Assembly: GCA_965178125.1 (NCBI GenBank)
Contig: OZ237767.1
Location: 434,001 to 498,000 of the forward strand
Direction of reading: 5' to 3'
DNA length: 64,000 nt
Source: Bilabrum cf. latius
Lineage: Eukaryota
Positions 49,910 through 62,400 of this stretch are shown here, one piece after another (the first letter of the stretch is position 1; each line of letters begins with the position of its first letter). The notes beneath the pieces are model-generated. The model was not told the origin of the DNA and made no database searches. It saw only the letters and a list, made by a program, of their open reading frames with translations. A program made the translations under genes and the position numbers.

Positions 49910-51511
49910 TCAGAACCTCGCTCGCTTGGCTTGGCTTGAGCCGTCCCGCCTCCTGGACACGCCCGTCCCTAAACCAGCGCCCCCCTCCTTCTCCCCATTG
50001 TTCCCTCCCTGTTCCCTGTGGCCCCTCCCGCACAGCCCCCCTTCCGCTCGCAAGAGCGCCGCACCGTCCACCACATACGAAGCCGTGTCCGCCGCTACCA
50101 CCTGCCCGCTCCCCGCGGCCCCATCCGTGTCGGGGTCCAAGATATCTGGGGCACCGGTATCCACCGTCCCTGCCTTGGAACCAGTGGCCGCCCTGACAGC
50201 CGCATCTCCGGAGCAGTCGAAGCCCATGTCCTCCAGCTCTTGCAGCACCTCAGACACTGCCCCAGTCCGCCATGCTCCAGGAGCACGCAGCCTCTCTAGG
50301 CTGGCAAGCACTTCGCGCTGGTCTGCCGTCAGATGACTCAGCCCGTCTGCTTCTCCTTCTCCCTCTGCATCTCCACCCTCCATGGCTTGGGAACCCTTGG
50401 CCCCTGCTGCAGCTTCAGTTCCCTCCTCCTCCTCCCCGCCCTCCTCCTCCCGGTGCTGGATCGCAGATAGCACCGCCGCTGCCTCCCTCCGAAGCTCCCA
50501 CACCTCGCCTGCACCATCGTACGCTGCACCTACAGGTTGGCTCGCACCAGCCCCTGACGATGCGCTCGTCGCACCGTCAGACGCCCCCTTCGCTGCTCTC
50601 CCGCTCCCGCCCTTTAGACTGGGACCAGGGCCACGACTAGCACTAGCACTACCTCCCACCCCAATGCCAGCAGACACCTCCCTGCCCCCCGCCCCACTAC
50701 CAGCAGATACCTCCCTGGCCTCCAGCTCTGCGGCCCTCCTGGCGATGAGGCAGGCGTACCGGGCCGCGACCTTGGCATCGAATTCGTGCCGCAGGGAGCG
50801 GGGAGATATCCCAGGGGCCATGAGCGTCCATCGGTACTGTCTTGATCCCAAGCGATACACGTGGTCTGAGTGGGACCGCAGCGATGCGGCCTCCTCGGCG
50901 GTTGCCGAAGCAGGCTCCTCGGCTTGGCGAGAGCCGTCCGATGCTCGCCCAGCGGCACTGGCACCTCCATCCGCTCGCTCGCTCTCCGGAACGATCGACC
51001 AAGATGGACGCGCACCTATGTGTGGCTGGGATGGAGCGCTTGCTGCCGCTCCGGCAGCGGGGCTCCCGCTTGCCTTGCTGCTGCTGGCGCTGCTTGGCTG
51101 CGACGTCGCGTCACCTGCCCCTGTGGCAGCAGGCTTGTCTGAGATGTCCCGATATCCTACTAAATTACTCGAAGATGACGCTCCCACAACCAGGCTGTGG
51201 TATTCAGTGCGCTTTTTCAAGAACCCGTCGCGAATGTATGTGCAGGTTGGCATGATGCTCAGCCCCTTTTCCTTTGCGTATTCGAATGCAGCAGTCACAA
51301 CGTTGCCAGCTAACCCTTGACCTCTGAACTTGGGATCAGTGAAAGTGTGGTACAGGTTGAGGGCTCCGGAGCATCCTCCCGGGCCTGGGCATAGTCCACC
51401 AACTGGTTCATACTCCACGTATGCTGCTGGTGCGGATTCCTCCCCTGAATCTGCCTTTGACATGATGACAAAACGCTAATTTATATCATCGTGCTGCACA
51501 GATGAAACCAT
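49910..51511 (-). CDS. NATD1/YjdJ-type GNAT acetyltransferase-domain protein with long low-complexity C-terminus
   Basis: MVSSVQHDDIN*RFVI (TAG 51476) then HTFTDPKFRGQGLAGNVVTAAFEYAKEKGLSIMPTCTYI; ends TGA 49910-49912. Confidence 0.8.
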
Positions 51512-51936
51512 ATGGACACGTATGCAGCTTGTCGGAGATGATGTTTGCAAGACAGCCTGGTTGAGCCGAGGATGAGAAGCAATGCAACACTGTGGCAGCC
51601 AGCTTCCTGCTTCATTCAGAGCAGTTCGCCATGAATATGGATGCCCATCGCCAGTGGTCTCGTCACCCGCGCGGTGTGGATCTAGCACTGCAGAGCATCA
51701 GTATTGTGCTTCGAGTAACCCAGGCTGGCGCACCCTCCACTGATGCTCCCACGCAGTGCCGCGACTTGCGGCCCACCGTTTGATCTTTTTGAAATGCCAG
51801 GCCACTCTGTCTCTGGCCCACTGCAACAAAATTCATTGCTGCGGCCTACCAGCCGAGCACTCCTCGCGCAGCGTTCTCAGAATGCACCTCCTCTGCTACC
51901 TCCAGCGAGAGGCAGTACTCGCTTGCAGTGGAAGTA

Positions 51937-51967
<31 letters not shown>

Positions 51968-53028
51968 CGATGCTCGTCAGACTGTGCCCCATAGTGCAGC
52001 TATACACCTTATCTATGACAGCAGGTGTATCGGCAACCAGCAGTGAGCTGTCTTTGCCACTGGCAGTGTGGCCGGGCCTGTATCGCTGCCCGTGTCTAGC
52101 TGTGCTCGCCCCAATCCTGCGACTAGCCTCTTGCGGTGTCACGTCGTCGTAGATTCCGTGCAACACTTCTCGCATGGTCTAATTTCGAACAGATCGCCCG
52201 TGCTGAAATCCCTGATGCCCTGCTGCTGCTCGAACTTCTCGCTGTTTTCGGCGATCGGGAAGCGACAGTAAGGGCCAACACCCTCCTCAAATCCGCATAT
52301 GCCGCCAACATTAGAGCTGCATGCCTGACAGTCAGGCGCACTCGAGTCATCGCAAGGGGTGCATGGCTCATCCAAGGAGCATCGAGCTCCTTGGTATTGG
52401 TCGCAGTCCCTCGAGCTTCCACTTGGTTTTCCCCCTTTTGTACTATCAACACAAGCTGGCAGCTGGAATCCCTGCGTAGTATAGCTTGATTAAGACCTAA
52501 AATTCACTTGGGAGACGGGCCTAGTCTGCTCGCATCAGACAAGTCGAACAAATCTTACTGTGGCCGGTCTCTCTGGCAGTACTACAACATAAGACAATAG
52601 AATCGACTAAACTAGGATGGCAAAGCATGCGCCTATAACAAGGAGAACAAATGATGGTCGATTCGAATACAGATTCTCCATAGAGACAGATATCTGCAGC
52701 AATTTATCCATGTTGCTGAATTCAACCGCTCCACTCGTCACAGCATGTAAACTGCAGCTCACTGTAGCGCGAGTGCATGAACTGCAACTGCGCATACTTT
52801 CCATTAAACCTAGACCGTAAGGGATCTATAATGGTGTCGAAGACGGCCATTTGTTTGATTAGTATTGCAGTATACAGAAAACATTCCTAGACTTGACAAC
52901 AATTTGGCTCGGCATGCCTGCACATCGACTGTTCCGACTTGCGAAACCGATCATCACAGGGCGAATATCGATCCATTGGTTCTAGGCTGCCTTGATTCAT
53001 CCATCTGTCCCTACGCAGAAACACAAAA

Positions 53029-53919
53029 ATGCCAAAACATTCCGAAAGCAGTAGCTTTGACTCAACGAAGCCTCAGTCTGCTGACCCTGCCCAGGACCAC
53101 GCCAGCAAGGCGATGCAGAAAGCGGGGGAGGCTGCAGGAGAGCTCACAACTGCGGCTGGGGCCGCTGGCAGTGCGGCAGCATCTAGTGCTGCCCAGGCTA
53201 CAAATGACGCCAGGTAGGCAGTTGCCGAGGCAATCGCACCGGAAGCGGTGGCTGCCAGTGGTGCTGTCACTGCCAGTGGTGCTTCATCGGCGGCAGGAGA
53301 GGAAGCTTCGAAGAGCGAGGGAGCCGGCGATGATGCCGAAAAGGGCGAGAAACGGTCCAAAGAGAAGCGAAAGAAGGAGAAGAAAGGATCCGAAAAGGGA
53401 AGCACGGAGGAAGGCGATGGCAGCCCGAGCAGCGGTGCAAGAGGACCTGCCAGCGGTGCAAGAGGACCTGCCAGCGGTGCAAGAGGACCTGCCAGCGGTG
53501 CAAGAGGACCTGCCAGCGGTGCAGGAGCGGAAGGGGAGGAGGAGTAGGAGGAGGAGGAGAGCAAAGAACAAAACCAAGGAGGAGAAGAAGAGGTCATGCA
53601 TGACATGGGGACGTATGCGGAAAAGGTGGAGGACGCTTTCGCGGGCCTCATGGACGACCTACAGAACGAGGCCAAGGAGGTGGGGATGGGAGTGCACAAC
53701 GCGGCCAAGCCAGTACTCACCGGGACGGCGGATGCGGCCGCGCCGGCGGCTGCAGCTGCGGCCGAGACGACTCGCCCAGTGCGAGAGGTGATTGCAGACA
53801 TGGTTGCGCCTGGCGACGGCGGAGTGGCGAGTACCAGCGGAGACAAGTCCGGGACAGAGGGGGCTAGATCTAAGGTATCCGGCTAGGAGGCCTCCAGTGG
53901 GTCCAGCGGTGTGAAGTGA
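53029..53919 (+). CDS. Low-complexity Ala/Gly/Glu-rich hypothetical protein, ~296 aa
   Basis: Track ORFs 53029, 53248 and 53596 are in one frame joined by TAG; ends TGA 53917-53919. Confidence 0.6.
53430..53523 (+). repeat. 21-bp tandem repeat x ~4.5 (SGARGPA)
   Basis: CAGCGGTGCAAGAGGACCTGC units. Confidence 0.95.
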
Positions 53920-54041
53920 GCTGATGTAGGCAGCAAAAGAGAAACTTGTGCGAGTCATTCAGTAGCAAGAGTATAAACCCCGTTGTTGTATCTATGACAG
54001 CTGCGCTGTCACCACGCCCAACCAACGCATGCAGATTGCTC

Positions 54042-56981
54042 TCACTGCCTCCCGTGCTGCACCCCTCGTCCCGCGGCCGCCCCCGTCCAAGCCAAGGGCC
54101 CGTCCCACGGTCCCTTGCCCCACTCCCTCGAGGCTTCCTCTATACTCTCCAGGAGGGCAGGCGCCACCACGTGCTGCCCCTGCACCCCATCACTCGTCAC
54201 ACCTGCTGCGCCCGCCCTCACGACAGCCTCCTGCACGTGGCACTCGGGCCCGTCCGTGGGCTGGATCCGGCCGTCCTGCCCCACGCAATCCACCCCGCTC
54301 CCACTCGTCAGCCCGGCCCCCTGCCCGCTGTCGTACCGACTCAGCTGCAGCCGCCCAAGGTCCCCGCTCTGGAGGTCCCTGAGCGCCTCAACGAGCACAC
54401 CGCGGGCTGGGACCCTGGCCCTGAGCCGCATGCAGGCCAGGAAGGCCCCGCTGAGGCACCTGTGTAGAGAGTAGGCCTCTCTGGGCGGAGGTGCCAGCCT
54501 GTCCCGGGCCATGGCCTCTCCCAATGCAGCCACCCGCTTGGTCATGTCCGTTGCTCCGAAGTCGAAGCACTCGTGTTCCCCGACGGCGAACGGCTCACCC
54601 ACGATGAGACCCGCGTCCCTCGATGCCTCGATCATGGCCCTGGACTCCCGGCCCGTAAGGAAGCCCAGCTCGGTGGACCAGCGGATCATGCCCTCTCTGT
54701 CCCTCTGCGCGCACGCCCAGACCACCTGCAGGTAGCCATCCACGAAGTCGAGGGAAAAAGCGCGCGTGGCGCCGAAATCCAGCAGGGTCATGGTGTCGCT
54801 GCCGGCGTGGTACAGGTAGTTTCCGAACTGAGCGTCCGTTTGTATGTACCCCTGCAGCAGCTGCCTTACCGTGACACGCAGCAGGGCGGTGCCCAGCCTG
54901 TCTCTTGTTGTCTGGTCCAGGCTCTGGGCCTTGTCGATGGCCTCCCCGGGAGCTAGTACCCCTGTCAGCATCGTCTCACTGGACAGCGGCCGCACCACCG
55001 GGGGAACGATAACGCGCATTGAGGTGTCACGCAGCAGGTGCTGGGCGCGATGCGATGCAAGCGGCCCGCTGCTTCCAGTGCCCCCGCCCCCGCCCTACGA
55101 GGTCCCGCCATCGATGGACCTGGCGTGCCTCACGTTGGCCTCCTGCTCGTCGTGCGCCGCCGCGATCTCCTGCGCGACTCTAGGCACCTCCTCCCAGCTC
55201 TGGGCCGCGAGAGCCCGCCCCTCCATCCTCCTGTCGGCCCTGAGCATCCTCGCGAACCTGGCCTGGTGGGCGGCCTCCAGCCGGTAATCGCACTCCTCCT
55301 TGAGCTCCGCGCGGGCCACGTCCATGGCGTGGTCGATGAATAGCCCCTTGGGCAGCGCACCGGCGAGCACCAGCAGCCGGCTCAGGTTGTCGAGGTCGCT
55401 GTCGATGGACCGGGCCACTCCGGGGTACTGGATCTTGACCGCCACTGGCACCGCGCCTCCCAGGTCGTCGAGGTCGACTCGTGCAGGGACGGGAGGCGGC
55501 GTCTGTTCCGCCGTAGGGTCGTATGCAGAAGATTCGGAATGTGACTGGGCCTCGCCACTTTGTTCCGTTGGTTGCCCTGCTGCGGGCTGCAATGTGCTGC
55601 TCTCGCCGCTGCTACTATTCCCCTGCCCCATCCAGCTCCACAGCCAGCCAAGTGATGACTGGTGCTGGCCGTCCTCCCCCCCTACTTGCTTCCCCGTCTT
55701 GTCCGCATTCACGGACTGACCATCTCCGGACTAGGCACTGTCAGCGCCGCCCATTGCCTGCTAAACAGACCCGCCCGCTTCCCCCCGCACCCTCCTCAGC
55801 GCCTCCTCCAGGCTCTCCACCCCCGCCAGCTCAGCCCCCTTGAGCTCTCCCAGGTGCACCTGCCCGATGGAAGCAGCCGCCATCGGCTGCTCCTCGAAGT
55901 CGTCCAGCAGCTCTCGCCAGTCGTCAGTGCCCCCCACCGCCTCATCGATGGTCTCCTTCAGCTGCCAAGCAGGCATGATGTCAGCTGCCGCGCGCACCCG
56001 CTCCAGCGCTCGCTGCAGCTGAGGCGGGATCAGAGAGTCGTCCTAAATGGACAGGAGCTGGCCTAGTTTCAGGGCCGCGCCCCGCATGCGACACAGCGCG
56101 TCTGCCAGCCTGTCGGCGTTGTCGGCTGACATCATGCTCTGTGCCCAGTAGTCCACTGCAGCGTCTGCAGCGGACTGAGCCGCGGTCCCTGGACCCCCCT
56201 TCGCCGCCTGCCGACCGGCCGCCGCACCGGTGCCACCACCCCCATTCTGCCGCTATGTTCCATCGCCTCCGCCTCCTCCCATTGCCCTCCGCGCTGCATC
56301 CGAAACGGTGCCGGCGAGGAGGCCCGCCCCCAGCTGGGCGAATCCCGCCACCCGTTGGAGGGGCGAGCTGGGCACGGCGCGCTCCCTCAGCTGGCGGCGC
56401 TGGCCTGCGGCGGCCTGCCTTCGCTCTCTCCATCCTTGTACTGGCTTTGCTGGGTCCTGGCCGAGGCTGGGTGCGTGCTCGGTCGATTGGGAGGCGCGGC
56501 TAGCAGGTTCAGGTGCCGACGCATGTTCCGACACGCTTGAGCTTTCAGATCTGCTGCTTGCGGTCACGTTCTGTGTTTCCAATGGGCTTATAGTAGCTTG
56601 ATCATGGCCGGGCAGCCGGGGTAGATTGCTGGAGCCGGGCTCTTGCGCAGCGGCAGCCACTGCAGCAGCTTGCTCCCGTGTGCTGCGGTGTGACTGGGAC
56701 GTGTCGACAGCTGCTGCCCGTGGCAGCTTCACATCAAGGTTTTTGATCCTTTGCTTATTTGACCCAATGCGAACTACCGCCTGCCCAGCACTTCGGAGCG
56801 GATTGAATCTCTGCGAGCAGTGACGTGGCTGCTGGTATGCGCGAGATGTGCCTTTTACTCTGAGCGGGGTTTTTGCTATTGCAATCATCCCAAGAATATG
56901 ACTCACAGAATGAACTCGCTGCTGTACTCGTCGCAAACCCTGAAGGAGGGTGCGTATATCTTGTAAGTGCTGAGAACTCAT
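54042..56981 (-). CDS. COQ8: Atypical ABC1/UbiB kinase COQ8 (ADCK3/4-like)
   Basis: LRERAVPSS, MRGAALKLGQLLSI*DD, AAASIGQVH, VAVKIQYPG, EECDY, LLDFGA, YSLHR; single frame with TAGs, ends TGA 54042. An in-frame intron near 56810-56910 is possible. Confidence 0.93.
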
Positions 56982-57279
56982 TGCACCGAAGCTTCTCCGC
57001 CACGTCGCGTTGTGTACCTGCGCGATCTCGCGGCTTCCTTCCTGTGATACCAGTGGTATTGTACAATCAATGCTTGTGTGCGTGCTCGTTGTGGATAGGG
57101 CGAGCTGAAAAAATGTTTGAAGATCATGCTTCGGCTGGCCAATTCCGAATCAAAGACAAGATCAAGGGGTTTGTGCTGCTTTTGCACTGCATGCAGCCCA
57201 GTGCTGCGGTGCCAGTACACATGTAGCTAGCTGCAGTCATTCCTGTAGCGAGACGGCGGCTGCGGTTGCCTGCTCGCAC

Positions 57280-59304
57280 TCAAGCAGAGTACGCGGGCCC
57301 CAGCGGCCACACGCTCACGTCAGCGTGGAAACTGCCTCCTTGCGCCCACAGCGCCACTGTATCAGCGTCCCCTGACCCAGAGGGAGGGGTCGGGTACGTC
57401 CTCGCGGTCACCGCGGCCCTCCCTCCAGCGGCGAAGAGCTCCGCAATCGAGTGGTCTACGAGCACACGGAGGCCCAGCTCCATGGCCCCCGTCCTGGCGG
57501 CGGTTGCAACCTCGGAGGGCTTCACGGGGATGTTGCCGCCCTCGATGCCGGCGCGCCCGTCCCCGCACGACTTGGTGGTGTCCTGCTGTGCCACGAGGGA
57601 CTCCACTGTGCCGCTGACGCACCACTGGCTCGGGTTGCTCGCGGGTGCAGTCGACTTGAGGGAACAGCGGGGCACGGGGTAGGAGGCGCCGCGCGGCTCG
57701 GATGACTCCGGGTGCGGGCCGCCGTTCCGCACGTAGGTCCATGCCACGCACTCCGACTCCATCTGGCACTGTGTGCTGCAGTTCCTCACGTTCTCCTCTT
57801 CCGGCGCTGCTGCCGGCAGCCCGTAGTCCCTGTAGTCACCCCCGGGCATGTCGGTGTTGTTGAGCGGGCCAGTGGCAGGGACCATTCGGATGGAGGCGCG
57901 GGTCTCGCACTTCCGGTCTGACGTGGTGAGATAGGACACCCCGGCCGTGATCGATTGCGCGGCGCCTGCGGAACCGAGCCTGCAGGCTTCGAGGATGCCC
58001 CGCTCCCTCCCGCGGGTCCTCGCCGAGGCCTCGGATGCAGGGACACCCGCCCCCGGCCTGGGTACCGAGCGCGCTGCAATGCAGTGCATGCGGTCAATCA
58101 GCCCATGGGACATGCCCTGGAGAGTGAAGGTCACCTGCACGTCCATGGCCCTGCCCTCCGCCCCATGCAGGGGCACCCAGGCCCCATCCCCCACGGCGAG
58201 GGCGGGGTTGGTGTACGAGGGGCTCCCGCGGAGCTGCTCCACGGCGGGCGAGGGCGGTGTGACGAGTATGCCCAGTTCCATGTCGGGGGTGAGAGTCCGG
58301 GCGAACGAGTTTGTTCCCTGCCAGCCCTCCTTCTGCGGCGCGCTTCCGGTTTCGCGGACCCACCCGTACAGCAGCTGAGCCGACTGGGCGCCGGCCGTCT
58401 TTGGCGCGGGCCCGTCGTCCAAAAAGGACTTGCTCGCGTAAAATCCGTTGTGGAAATCCAGCAACCTCGGGGTGGTGAGTGCCTGGAACTGGATCGCATC
58501 GGCGTCGAAGCTTCCGATGACGCCCCACTCCCTGCCCTCCCCCGAATACTTGAGGAAGAACAGGCCGTCGCTGCCGGGGAGCGGAGCGAAGTCGGGGCAC
58601 TCCCACATGGTCTACTAGCCGGTTGAATATAGCACACCGTGGTACGACAGCGGCCTCAGAGGTGAGGTTGCGTTAGGCGTCGTGTAGACCACAACATTCG
58701 CCGTGCCGTTTTCGCGAGCCGACATGGCCATGGCCCATCTGTCTCCAGATTTTGAGGCATCTGGGACCCTCCAAGCGGTCGTGTCATCGCGAAAATCATT
58801 CTTCTCGGTACCAGGGGGCTGGTGCGCGATCACGGGATTCTAGGGGTCCTTCTCCCACTCGATCAACTGCGGATCGGAGGCATTCTTCGCTCGAGCAAGG
58901 CACTGTAGCTGTCCTTGCGGCCCTACGCAGGTGTATGAGATAATTGGTTCTCCATCGATGATAGTCATTGAACCGGAAAACACACCACCATTATCATAAG
59001 CCTGGTCAGGCAGGAGAGCGATTGGTAGGTGGATCCAGTGCGCCAGATCATCGCTAATACTGTGCGCCCAGCTCATGTGGCCCCATACCGCACCATCTGG
59101 GTTGTACTAGTTGAATAGATGATACTTTCCGTTGAAGAAAACGGGGCCATTAGGGTCGTTCATCCAGTTTTTGGCCGGCCGGGCGTGGCTTGTTGGAAAG
59201 TAAATAGACCCACTGGCAGACAGCCGTTCCGCCATCCAATCCGACGGAGCAGCCGCTACTGCATGGAATGCACATAGTAAGTACGGAGCGGCACGAAGCT
59301 GCAT
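57280..59304 (-). CDS. Secreted GH32 beta-fructofuranosidase/invertase with inserted PAN/Apple domain, ~674 aa
   Basis: Signal-like [77 protein letters not shown]; ends TGA 57280. Confidence 0.93.
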
Positions 59305-59478
59305 CTCTTTGGGAACTTTTGAGGCGGTGGGGCGTTGGCGCTGCCCAAGAGCTTGCGGTGTGATGAGCCAGTTGCGGTGTGATGAGCCAGTTGGCACGCC
59401 ACACATCCTGCATCCACAGCGCGCTGAAGCCGTAATCAACAAGTTGCATCGAATGCAATGCTAGCAACCACGCCACGC

Positions 59479-62400
59479 TCACGACGACTCTGGCCCCGGA
59501 AACCGCCTTGAAGAGCCCCCACTACTGCTGCCCCTTCCCCCGGGCCTTCCCCCCCGAGAGCCCCTCCCACGCCCGCGCCCCAGCGCTGCCCCCAGGCGCG
59601 GCAGGTCCGTCTGCCCCATGCCCGCCCCCGCTCCACCAGCATCCCCAAGCGCTGGAAACCCAGCTTCTTCTCCTCCTCTCTCTTCCCTCCGCCCCACGCT
59701 CGCCACAGGCAGGCCATACCCCCCCTACAGGGGCAGCGCACCGCCGGCCATACGCGCCTGGGAGGCAGCCGCTATGGCTTGCTCCTGCGCCCGCTGCAGG
59801 TAGGGGTGCGGCGGGGGCGGCAGGCCTACCGGGGGTCTTTTGGACTGGCCCTGGCCCAGGCCCAGGCCCAAACTGTGACCATGCGTGCTTGAGTGACGAG
59901 TGGGCGCGTTCTGGGGCGGCGGTGTTCCCTAAGGCGGGCCCGGCGGGGGCCTCGGGATGAAGGCTACAGAGCTGGCGGGACCAGGCCCAGGGAACCGCCT
60001 CGTTGTTCCCTGGGACAGATCAAAGGACGCCGCGCCTCCTGCTTTCTTCTGCCCCTGCTTGCTCCCCAATGCTCCTGCACTTCCTCCCGATTTGGACCCT
60101 GCCGACACGCCGGTAGGGTGCTGTTGTTGTCTCCCCTCCTCCCGTCCATGCATGCTGCGCCACCTCCCACTCCACTCCAAAGTCCTGAGGGCCTGCCTGA
60201 CCTCCCAGAGAGTGGGTCTATCATCGGGGTCCCACTGCAGCATGTCGCACACCAGGGACTGCAGCCACAGGGGATACAGACGGGGGATCGTGGGCGGCAG
60301 GCTCTTCACGCCAAGCTCATACTTTGGCACACTAAGTGACCCAGAACCACCCGCCCCTCCCGCCGCCGCCCCGCCTGCAGCAGCAGCAGCAGCAGCAGCA
60401 GCAGACTCCACATCGGGGGGATACTTCCCCAGTGGATGCCTCATCCCGCCCGCCATCTCTGCGATGAGCACGCCCAGCTCAAACACGGGCTGGCCATCGA
60501 AACGGATCGTGGCACCGTCACGGGACTCGCCCCGCATCCGCTCCGCCCGCATGTATCCGTTGAGCACTTCCGGGGCGAGGTGCTCCTGGTTGCCGCCCGG
60601 CCCGCCGCCACTGTCCTGAAGGAACTAGAATGGAACGTTCCTCAGCGCCCGCGACAGGCGCCGGAGCCTCGCGCCGTCCTTGCCAGTGGGCCATGCACCT
60701 GCCCTATCCCGGCCACCGGTCTCCTCCCCCTGCTCATGCTCCCCCCCGCCCCACCGGAGATCCGCCTGCAGGCATTCGCCCAGGTCGATCAGGACCAGCC
60801 GGCCGTCACCCGCCTCGTGCGCAAACGTGGTCCCAGCCTGGGTGGAGGGTACGGGCTCGCCCCTCTGCACGAGCTGCTCGGCGTCCTCCCGCAGCATGAT
60901 GGGCCTGCGCGTGCCGTCATCCCACATGACGTTGTCCAGCTTCATGTCGCGGTGCACCACCCCGTGCTGCAGCAGGTGAAGCGCGCCCTCGCACAGATCC
61001 CTGGCCCAGGACACGAGCAAGGGGTAGGGGGGCAGCCCGTCCATGCCCGCGAGCCTGTCTTTGAGCGTCATGGGCAGCATCTCGAGGAGCATGAACAGCT
61101 GCTGTGCCCGAGTGGGGGCGCCCCCGGGCCCCGCCCTCAGGGTCCCGATCTCCCTCACGAAGGGAGGCAGGCAGTTGGCCCACACCCAGTCCGGGGGGAA
61201 TGCGGCCCCCTGCCACAGGAGCCTGATGATGTTGCGGTGCCTAGGCAGCCGCAGCAACGCATCGTACTCTCGTCTGGTCTGCTGCTCCATGCCAGCCGTG
61301 TCCCTCTGCCCATGGTAGTTGAAGAGAACCTTCAAGGCAGCCACGGCGCACGGCTTGCCGAGGTCGCTCGAGCCCACCACCGCCACGCGAGCCACGGCCC
61401 CGTTCTGGCCCCGCCCCATGATCTCCAGCGAGTCGACGTCATCGTCCGACCGCAGCCGCAGCCTGTGAGCGGCACCGCCTCCGTCCGTGGCCATGGGCGG
61501 GTCCCCCGGCCGGTGCTGGAACCTGGGCCTGCCTTTGCCTCGGAATGGCCGGGGCGGGGCCACCGGCACGATCCGGTTCAGCACTTCGTCGGCCGACCGC
61601 GGCCTCCTCGTGTCCCTGCCGCCCACGCCCGCGCCGACCGCCCCATGGGTGGTGTACCCTGACACAAACCTGAGGGTCGGATGCAAACGAGGCGGGGGCA
61701 CCGGCACAAGCGAGAGTGACCCGGAATCGGAATCGCCCGCGGAGGCACCCGCTGCCTCTTCACTCGCCTAGCTGCTTGGACCGAGGGCGGAGACGCTGCG
61801 GAAGGAAGAAGAAGAGGAGCCGACAGCAACCGCAGCAGCGTCGCTTCTGGCCCACGCCGCCCGGCGCACGAGCTCCTCCGCCAGCTCCTCGTTCTCCTGC
61901 CGCAGCTGCACGTGGCTGTCCTGCAGCTCCCTCAGCCCTGCTGCAGCGCGCCGTGCCTCCGCTGCCTTGCTTTCGAGTGCAGTCTGCAGCTCCCTCGCCA
62001 GCTCAACGGCTCTAGCATAATCCCGCTGCAGCGTGTGCAGCTCGCTCGACCCCGCCCTGTCCCGCTGCATCGCCTGCTGCTCCAGCTGGCTGCACCTTTC
62101 CTGCAGCAGGTGTGCGTCGCGCCTCCACTGCGAGATCTCGGCCTCGAGACGCGCCCGGTTCTGCTGCCCCGTCGCGAGCGAGCGCTTGCTCTGCAACAAC
62201 TCTGACGTCACGCGTGCCGCCTCCTGCCTCGCGAGCCTTGCCTGCTCTCGGGCGCTGGCGAGCGCCCGCTCCAGCTCCCGCACGTGTGCCGTGGATGCAG
62301 TGGATGACCCGGAGTCGGATCTCCTGACCGCGGGCGCGCTGGTCGCGCTCCTCATCTCCTCCAGCTCCGCTTGCAGCCGGGCCGATTGTTCCCTGACCAA

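Noticed and set aside
51520-53020. Possible gene and (CAG)n tract near 51938-51966
   Set aside because: No frame gave a convincing protein even with TAG=Gln; left unannotated.
56030-59120. Tiny in-frame introns removing the TAG codons
   Set aside because: At 56043 and 59107 the conserved motifs need exactly one residue at the TAG, leaving no room for an intron.
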